DNA of 6,262 nt from the NCBI GenBank assembly GCA_018985225.1, contig JADGIF010000595.1:1-6262 (forward strand), written 5' to 3'. Each line of letters begins with the position of its first letter. Positions within the stretch are counted from its first letter, which is position 1. This DNA comes from Amoeboradix gromovi X-113 (Eukaryota; Fungi; Sanchytriomycota). Of the stretch, positions 1 through 6,222 are shown in pieces. The position numbers and the translations under genes were made by a program. A model generated the notes under the pieces. That model ran no database searches. It saw only the letters and a program-made list of their open reading frames with translations, and had not been told where the DNA came from.

Positions 1-539
1 TTCGAATTCTTCACATTTAACGTAGGCGCTGGAATCTATTCAAAAATTGCAAAAAATAAACTGTTCTTCAAGTAATCGTCTGATTTTTGTGCACTTTGTA
101 ATGTAATGAATTTCGGATATCGGAAAACCTAGAGTTTAGGAAATACAACTCGTTAGAATTATGTGAAATAAAGAGAGCTCAAACTTTACCAAAGTTGCAG
201 TCCGGATTGTTCTACCATTGAACGGGTTTAAGTGTATCATCAATAATGGGAAGCGTTCAATAGAGAAGATTAAAATGCTGTAATTTCGGTAACGAAGAAT
301 ATAGAGATGTCATCCGAAGCAAAAATACACTTAAACTGTATAGACTTAAGTCTCTTGCGCTGAAGAAATGTGAGCTTCGGTTTATTTCAGATCTTCGCAT
401 TGGACGTAGGCGAAGAGCAAAATATTTTGAAAGACACGCTGTTGTGTGGAATTCAGATATTAAATTCCAATGATTATTTGTAAACTACCATAAAAAGTTT
501 TTATACTCAATTCGAATTTTTAGAATTCCCCACCTTGTA

Positions 540-2389
540 ATGACACGTCGATTGATGCAAAAACTTCCCTTTGATCTTCCCCAACATTTCAAAGATAAAT
601 GGATCATTCAAAATCTCCCTAAATATTACAAGCAATCTCCAAAGTGCTCTCTCTTTGAAAAACAATCCAACCTCTCTAAACTGCCAGTACCAAAATTGGA
701 ACAAACCTTGGCGAAATATTTAAAATCTTTGGAACCTCTCTTATCCCCTAAAGAGCTAGCTAGATCAATCAGAATTGTTAATGACTTTAAGGACGACCCA
801 TTTGCTCTTACACTTCAAACTCGCCTAATCGAGAAATCTAAGGGATGGTTGGCTGAGTACTGGAACAACTACGCTTATTTAGAATGGAGAGATCCTTGTG
901 CTGGAAACGTTAACTTCTTTTACCATTTTAAAGACGATCTAAGAAACCAAGTTAACAGAGCGAGTTGTTTAATTCGTGAATTTATCGGATTTCGTCAATT
1001 AATCATTAATCACGAACTAGATCCAGAGGTCATCAAAGACGATGTGCTATGTAGCCATATGTATAACTTTTTATTTAATTCTACTCGAGTGCCTTTAAAA
1101 CCTCGTGATCAAGTTGCTACTTACAATCACAAGCAATACTCCCATGTTGTCGTGCTGTACAAGCACTCTTTTTACAAGATATCGACTATCATCAACAATG
1201 TTTTACTCAGTTCTGCCGAGATTGAGCAGCAATTAAATCATATTGTTTTAAATCACGACGGAACACTTGGTTTAGGCATAGGTGCTTTGACGAGTAGTCA
1301 TCGCGATAAATGGGCAGATATAAGAGATATGCTGGTAGGTGAGGGTAACCTAGACGTATTGGAAACAATACAGTCCGCCGCTTTTGCAGTTTGTTTGGAT
1401 GACAGCGAGCCAGTTACCCTGGAAGAATGCGCTACTACATTCTTATACGGAGACCTGAAAAACAGATGGTTTGATAAAAGTTGCCAGCTTATAGTGTGTG
1501 CAAATGGTAAGGCTGGGGTTAACAATGAGCACTCTATGATGGATGGTACCATAAACACAAGATTATGCGATACCGTTTTGAGCAACATGGACAGGCACGA
1601 TGCCGGTGAACAGAGTAACCAGACTGTTCCTCAACCTGTTCAGTTAAACTTCAAGGTAAACCCAAAAATTGTCAAGGCTGTTCAATCAAGTGTTGAGGAT
1701 TTCGACAAATGGAGCAATCCACATAACTTGAGCGTCCTAGCGTACTATGGGTACGGTAAGGAATTTATTAAAGACATTAAATGCTCTCCTGATGCGTACG
1801 TGCAAATGGGACTTCAACTGGCGTATTTCAAGCTTACAGGAAAAGTGGCTCCAACTTATGAATCTGCAACTATTAGAAAGTATAGATATAGTAGGACTGA
1901 GACGTGTAGAACTGTTAGCAATGAAAGTAAAGCTTTCTGCGTCGGAATGATGGATGGATCTCTGAATGTACTTCAAAAATAATGTAGGATCACGAAAAAG
2001 CGAATTTGCTGCAAATGGCTATCAGACAGCACGGACTTTATATGAAAGATGCTGTTGACGGTAGGGGTGTTGATAGGCATTTGCTGGGATTAAAGAGCGT
2101 TCTAAAAACAAACGAAAAGATTCCGGATTTATTTTTAGATGACGCATATAAAATGAGTTGCCATTGGGTGATATCTTCGAGCCAATTAAGCAGCGAATAC
2201 TACGATGGGTATGGGTGGTCAGAAGTGGTGCCGGATGGATACGGGTTTGCGTATTGCATCAAGGATAATTCAATTCATGTTAATTTGATGTCATTGTTGA
2301 ATACTGATCGAATGAGACAAAAAATGGTAGAAGCATTCAACGATATGAAAACTGTAATGGTCAAAGGGCTGTTGAAAAGTAAATTATAG
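540..2389 (+). CDS. CAT2: Carnitine O-acetyltransferase (choline/carnitine acyltransferase family, fungal Cat2 type); predicted join(540..1967,1988..2389), 609 aa, with C-terminal PTS1
   Basis: Family motifs occur in the expected order: LSKLPVPKLEQTLAKYL, WLAEYW, NRWFDKS, catalytic-His motif EHSMMDG and TYESATIRKYRYSRTETCR. After the intron come GRGVDRHLLGL and SSSQLSSEYYDGYGWSEVVPDGYG, which resembles the fungal Cat2 segment as recalled. The protein ends KSKL*. ORFs 540..1982 and 2006..2389 join in frame on removal of 1968..1987. Confidence 0.93.
1968..1987 (+). other. Predicted 20-nt spliceosomal (GT-AG) intron, phase 0
   Basis: Sequence GTACTTCAAAAATAATGTAG. Removal gives ...MMDGSLN|DHEKANLLQMAIRQH..., restoring one frame. 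It contains the stop of the upstream frame (TAA 1980-1982) and a stop in the downstream frame (TAG 1985-1987). Confidence 0.85.
2378..2386 (+). other. Peroxisomal targeting signal 1 (Ser-Lys-Leu) coding sequence
   Basis: AGT AAA TTA lies immediately before TAG (2387-2389). SKL is the canonical PTS1. Confidence 0.9.
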
Positions 2390-2431
2390 CTTTCTTTTTA
2401 AATTTCAACGAGAATCTACTCCGATAAAACA

Positions 2432-3076
2432 ATGCAATTTCCAGGATTGAATGAAGCAATGCAGAAATTGAAAGTGATGCCAGATAAGAGAGTAGATGGA
2501 TTGTTAAGCGATGTTAACAATTATTCTAGCTTGGAGTACCAGTTTAGTTATATAAACAGAAAATTCGAGTATCGATACAAAGACTGCTGGGAATCATTCA
2601 AGTATTTAGGATTCCGAAATCTGTTTAAGAAGACACAACTTGAAATATGCAGTGTTGGGTGTGGGCCATGTGCCGAACTAGTAGCGCTACAAAACTATTT
2701 GAGTGATAAAAAGACTAACTTATATGGGTACGATATCTGTGACTGGAGCCAAGTATGTAACTTATTAGAAATACCATTCGAAATACGAGATATTAATCAA
2801 AATTGTACTGAACTAAAGAAATATGATTTGATAATGTGTTTATGGACAATAGAATTTTTAAAATCAATAGATAACTTTGAATCATTTATTTTAGATGTAC
2901 TCGCAGATGAAAATGTACTTTTTGTTGTAAACCCTGATCAAAAGCTGCTGCATTTTCATAAAAGTGGTACAATGAAAATCGGAAAAGAGCTAATAAATGT
3001 AAAAAAGGTGTATTTACCAACAGATTGTAACTATAAAGTGTCTGCCTGCATTTATTCTAGGAGACTTATAAAATAG
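2432..3076 (+). CDS. Putative class I SAM-dependent methyltransferase-like protein, 214 aa, substrate unknown
   Basis: Long ATG-initiated ORF. It has a Gly-rich motif I-like segment ICSVGCGPCAEL, an acidic residue ending the next strand (LYGYDICDW), then FEIRDIN and a motif-like YDLIMCLWTIEFL. The spacing fits a Rossmann-like methyltransferase fold. Confidence 0.72.
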   Translation: MQFPGLNEAMQKLKVMPDKRVDGLLSDVNNYSSLEYQFSYINRKFEYRYKDCWESFKYLGFRNLFKKTQLEICSVGCGPCAELVALQNYLSDKKTNLYGYDICDWSQVCNLLEIPFEIRDINQNCTELKKYDLIMCLWTIEFLKSIDNFESFILDVLADENVLFVVNPDQKLLHFHKSGTMKIGKELINVKKVYLPTDCNYKVSACIYSRRLIK

Positions 3077-3189
3077 CATTCAAGGTTGATTAAGCCGCTA
3101 GTAAATTTGTGATTCGATTTCGTGTAATCCTACAGGTACAAGTTAGAACTTCAATGATGTCTTAAGTTCCTCATCATCTTAAATTCTGA

Positions 3190-3283
3190 ATGATATTAGA
3201 TTCATGAATCTTGCAAGTCTCATATGATTGGTTCTCAGTCACATAACAAGAAAATGAATAACCTCCGTGTCGTAATAGAATGA
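3190..3283 (+). promoter_or_regulatory. Candidate chain of three upstream ORFs overlapping each other and the MTHFR start via ATGA
   Basis: uORFs 3190..3207 (MILDS*), 3204..3227 (MNLASLI*) and 3224..3283 (MIGSQSHNKKMNNLRVVIE*). Each TGA overlaps the next ATG. Function is unproven and depends on the transcription start site. Confidence 0.3.
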
Positions 3284-5052
3284 AAGTTACTGATAAACTG
3301 ATGAACAAGGAAATTAATTGGTCTTTTGAATTTTTTCCACCAAAGACTGCAGCTGGAAAACAAAATTTATTTAAACGATTACAAAATATGAAATCTTTGG
3401 GTCCAACTTTCAGTGACATTACATGGGGATCCTCTGGGTCTACCAGTGAGTTGAGTTTGGAGATTGCAGAATACATGTTCAAGGTGTTGGGCATGGAAAC
3501 TTCTCTGCATATTACCTGCACAAATATGAAGACTGAAATCTTGACAAACACATTGAACAGCTGCCAGCAAATGGGTTTGCGTAACATTCTAGCTTTGCGC
3601 GGAGACCCTCCTAAATTTGACAAGGATTATTTTAATCAAAAGGAGGATCTCGAATTCTGCCATGCTATTGACTTGGTCAAATTCATTAGGTTTAATTATG
3701 GTGACTATTTCTGCATTGGTGTCGCTGGATATCCAGAAGGACATATTGATAGCCCTGATTTAGCTTCTGATTTGCACCATTTGAAATCCAAGGTGGACTC
3801 GGGGGCTGACTATATTGTTACCCAATTGTTTTATGACACCGCACTTTTTTTAAAGTTTGTCAAAGAGTGCCGCGCAATTGGAATAACCTGTCCAATTCTA
3901 CCTGGCATGATGCCTATACAGAACTACAATGGATTCATGAGAATGACTAGTTTATGTAAGACCTTTGTTCCTGAGCAAATTAAAGAGGATTTGTTTGCAA
4001 TTAAAGAGGACGACGCATTGGTTAAAGAGTATGGGGTAGAGCTAGCTGTGAACATGTGTAAACAGATGATGCACCATGATATCAAGAATTTTCACTTTTA
4101 TACCTTGAACCTTTCAACATCTACTCGTCTTATTTTGGAAAAATTGCAGTTTGTGCCATTGTACGAGCATGTAAAGCCCCTGCCTTGGTCAAAGTCATTA
4201 GCTAGTAATCGCGAAAATGAGAGTGTTCGACCTATTTATTGGTCCAACAGAATTGCTTCTTATATCCAAAGAACTGCAACTTGGGACGAATTTCCTAATG
4301 GTAGATGGGGTAACAGCGACTCAGCAGCTTATGGAGAGCTAGATGGGTATGGGTCACAGCTGAAAATGGAGAAAAATGCATGTATAGAAATGTGGGGACA
4401 CCCCAGCAATAAAACTGATCTAAGCCGCGTATTTGCTGATTTCTGTTTGGGAAAAATCAGGATGCTTCCATGGTGTGATGAATGGAACTTGGAAAGTGTA
4501 GAACTCCGACAATTACTGGAAAAAGTGAACTTAAATGGATTTTTAACAATCAACTCCCAACCAAGCGTCAATGGAGTTAGAAGTGACTCTAAAGTACATG
4601 GGTGGGGGCCTAAGAATGGTTATGTGTATCAACGGTCTTATGTTGAATTTTTTGTCGATCAGCTAAAACTGAAAAGCCTAATTCCTCAGTTAGAGCAGGA
4701 TGAGCAAATCACGTACTATTGCATAGATAGCAATGGGTTATTAAAAACAAATCATGAATATGATGAGCCAATAGCGCTGACGTGGGGACTGTTTCCTGGA
4801 AAAGAAGTCATGCAGCCAACAATCATGCAGAAAGATGCATTATTAGCATGGAAAGATGAAGCGTTTGAACTGTGGAAGGAATGGAGAGATATATATGAAA
4901 TTGGAAGCGATAGCTGGGAAATGCTGAATAATATTCGAGAGAAATATGCATTGGTTACTGTGGTTCATAATGATTTCACTGTCTCAGCGGATGAGTTGTT
5001 CAAACATTTCAAGAACAAGAATAACGATAGCAGTGTAAATTTGGGTGATTAA
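3280..5052 (+). CDS. MET13: Methylenetetrahydrofolate reductase, eukaryotic type (catalytic TIM barrel plus C-terminal regulatory domain), 590 aa, no intron required
   Basis: Catalytic-domain motifs: SFEFFPPKT, HITC, RNILALRGDPP, IGVAGYPEGH, KVDSGADYIVTQLFYD, PGMMPI, HFYTLN. Regulatory-domain motifs: ESVRPIYWSNR, WDEFPNGRWG, TINSQP, GWGPKNGYVYQRSYVEFF, TWGLFPGKEVMQPT. The MET13 versus MET12 assignment is less certain than the family. Confidence 0.96.
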   Translation: MKVTDKLMNKEINWSFEFFPPKTAAGKQNLFKRLQNMKSLGPTFSDITWGSSGSTSELSLEIAEYMFKVLGMETSLHITCTNMKTEILTNTLNSCQQMGLRNILALRGDPPKFDKDYFNQKEDLEFCHAIDLVKFIRFNYGDYFCIGVAGYPEGHIDSPDLASDLHHLKSKVDSGADYIVTQLFYDTALFLKFVKECRAIGITCPILPGMMPIQNYNGFMRMTSLCKTFVPEQIKEDLFAIKEDDALVKEYGVELAVNMCKQMMHHDIKNFHFYTLNLSTSTRLILEKLQFVPLYEHVKPLPWSKSLASNRENESVRPIYWSNRIASYIQRTATWDEFPNGRWGNSDSAAYGELDGYGSQLKMEKNACIEMWGHPSNKTDLSRVFADFCLGKIRMLPWCDEWNLESVELRQLLEKVNLNGFLTINSQPSVNGVRSDSKVHGWGPKNGYVYQRSYVEFFVDQLKLKSLIPQLEQDEQITYYCIDSNGLLKTNHEYDEPIALTWGLFPGKEVMQPTIMQKDALLAWKDEAFELWKEWRDIYEIGSDSWEMLNNIREKYALVTVVHNDFTVSADELFKHFKNKNNDSSVNLGD

Positions 5053-5057
5053 ATAAA
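5052..5057 (+). promoter_or_regulatory. Possible polyadenylation signal AATAAA overlapping the MTHFR stop codon
   Basis: ...GAT TAA ATAAAT. The hexamer shares its first base with the stop codon. It is common by chance in AT-rich DNA. Confidence 0.35.
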
Positions 5058-5256
5058 TCCTTTAATTAAAATTAAGACATTAGAGTAGGTACGTATGCAT
5101 ATCTAACTTTTGCGTTGCACCTTCAAGAACTTTAAATCCTTACACGTAAGAGTTAATGATACTGGGGTGCCACAAAACATCATTTATTACGTCTAAGTAA
5201 TTTATCTGGCTGAAAAAAGAAGGAATAAAGCCAAAACACAAACACCCGCAAGTTTC

Positions 5257-6015
5257 TCACCAGTAATGTGCGTTGGTTCCACGATCGTGATTTTTTGTTA
5301 TGCTGTTTCTAATAATGCTATTACCATCATGGACAGAGCCAGCCATACTTTCAACGACACTCCCCTCTTCGTAATGCACTTGTCCAGGTACTTGCTGTAT
5401 TTCCAGCTTCTCAAAAGTTGGTTTCTCTACTAAAAGCGATGGTTGTGCTTTTGGAGCAGAGGATTCTAGTGCATTTATGGTATCAATAATCGCGTCAGCT
5501 TTATTTCCGACAATGCTTCTATCCTTACTGTCTATTGAAAACAAACCAGCGTACGATGTGTGGTATTTTTTGACAACCTCGGTTTTATTTCTTCTTGCGA
5601 TAACAGCAAATCCAATGACAATTAATAAAACAAAAATCAATATTACACTAATAATTATGTACTTGTATTTGCTCCATGTAGACCCGGAGCTTTCAGAATC
5701 TCCTGAATCGCTTAAAAATTGAAAGGAACAGAGATCATTTTTAAAGATATTTTTCCGGCAACTTGAGTCGCACTCCAAACAGTCTTCGCACTCGCTTTTC
5801 TCTGTCAAAACACAATCATCTTGCCCAAAGCTGCCCGTAAGCTGATAAAGATCCGTCGTATTTCCGCGAACTACACAATCAAAAGGTATGCACCCAACTG
5901 CACAAGACATGCAGCCACTTGAAGGAATTTGGCATGATAATTGTGGTAGCTTTGTACACATTGCTGCAGCAACACTTAGATTTCTCGAAAATACGAATAC
6001 TAAAATGTAAATCAT
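5257..6015 (-). CDS. Uncharacterised type I membrane protein with a Cys-rich ectodomain, 252 aa from the first ATG
   Basis: The first in-frame ATG is at 6015; the track start at 6072 is a TTG. The protein has a signal-peptide-like MIYILVFVFSRNLSVAAA, 12 Cys, a sequon NTT and a Ser-rich linker SDSGDSESSGST. These are followed by a hydrophobic helix IIISVILIFVLLIVIGFAVIA, then RRNK (positive-inside) and a polar tail. Confidence 0.8.
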   Translation of the reverse strand: MIYILVFVFSRNLSVAAAMCTKLPQLSCQIPSSGCMSCAVGCIPFDCVVRGNTTDLYQLTGSFGQDDCVLTEKSECEDCLECDSSCRKNIFKNDLCSFQFLSDSGDSESSGSTWSKYKYIIISVILIFVLLIVIGFAVIARRNKTEVVKKYHTSYAGLFSIDSKDRSIVGNKADAIIDTINALESSAPKAQPSLLVEKPTFEKLEIQQVPGQVHYEEGSVVESMAGSVHDGNSIIRNSITKNHDRGTNAHYW

Positions 6016-6067
6016 ACTAATTGTGACTTTGGTGTACTTTATTTTATTAATATAATTCCTGATTGGG

Positions 6068-6222
6068 TGCAAGCATACATTCAGCTTGCAAATTGAATTT
6101 CAGAATTCTTTGGGACATGCTCTGTAAAAACTAGACTAGGGGTAAAAAGCGGGTGACGAGATTTACCCAGTTGAAATTTTCACAACAGTGTCCCATATTT
6201 CTTCACCTAGGCAATAGGCGAA
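6068..6222. other. Cluster of inverted repeats; candidate structured RNA or regulatory DNA, unclassified
   Basis: TGCAAGC 6068-6074 / GCTTGCA 6084-6090; GAATT 6095-6099 / AATTC 6104-6108; TGGGACA 6111-6117 / TGTCCCA 6189-6195 enclosing GGGTAAA 6140-6146 / TTTACCC 6162-6168; TTCACCTA 6202-6209 / TAGGCGAA 6215-6222. Confidence 0.3.

Noticed and set aside
20-412. 9-nt direct repeat ACGTAGGCG (20-28 and 404-412)
   Set aside because: A single short match with no element structure, compatible with chance.
447-518. Hairpin TGGAATT/AATTCCA (447-469) and palindrome AATTCGAATT (509-518)
   Set aside because: Short and AT-rich, expected by chance at this composition.
507-1976. ORFs 507..704(-), 1298..1588(-), 1737..1976(-), 1747..1950(+)
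   Set aside because: Short antisense or alternate-frame shadows of the CAT2 coding sequence with no recognisable motifs.
1968-1990. Programmed frameshift, stop readthrough, TAA/TAG reassignment or homopolymer error at CTTCAAAAAT
   Set aside because: The frames differ and both are blocked by stops (1980 and 1985), so no single such event joins them. TAG and TAA act as normal stops for CAT2 (after SKL) and MTHFR.
2006-2389. Separate 127-aa gene starting at TTG
   Set aside because: It is the C-terminal part of the acetyltransferase (exon 2, from 1988).
3154-3189. Box C/D snoRNA (ATGATGT ... CTGA)
   Set aside because: Box C is imperfect, the span is only 36 nt, and there is no terminal stem or recognisable guide.
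3174-4571. ORFs 3174..3623(-), 3379..3570(-), 4329..4571(-)
   Set aside because: Antisense to the conserved MTHFR gene, with no independent support.
540-5052. Bacterial operon interpretation of three co-oriented, tightly spaced genes
   Set aside because: The PTS1, the eukaryote-type two-domain MTHFR, the GT-AG intron and the lack of consistent Shine-Dalgarno motifs indicate a eukaryotic locus.
5477-5722. 81-aa plus-strand hydrophobic ORF
   Set aside because: Antisense shadow of the membrane-protein gene.
6016-6072. N-terminal extension from TTG 6072
   Set aside because: Non-ATG start in a eukaryote. The ATG at 6015 places the signal peptide at the N-terminus.
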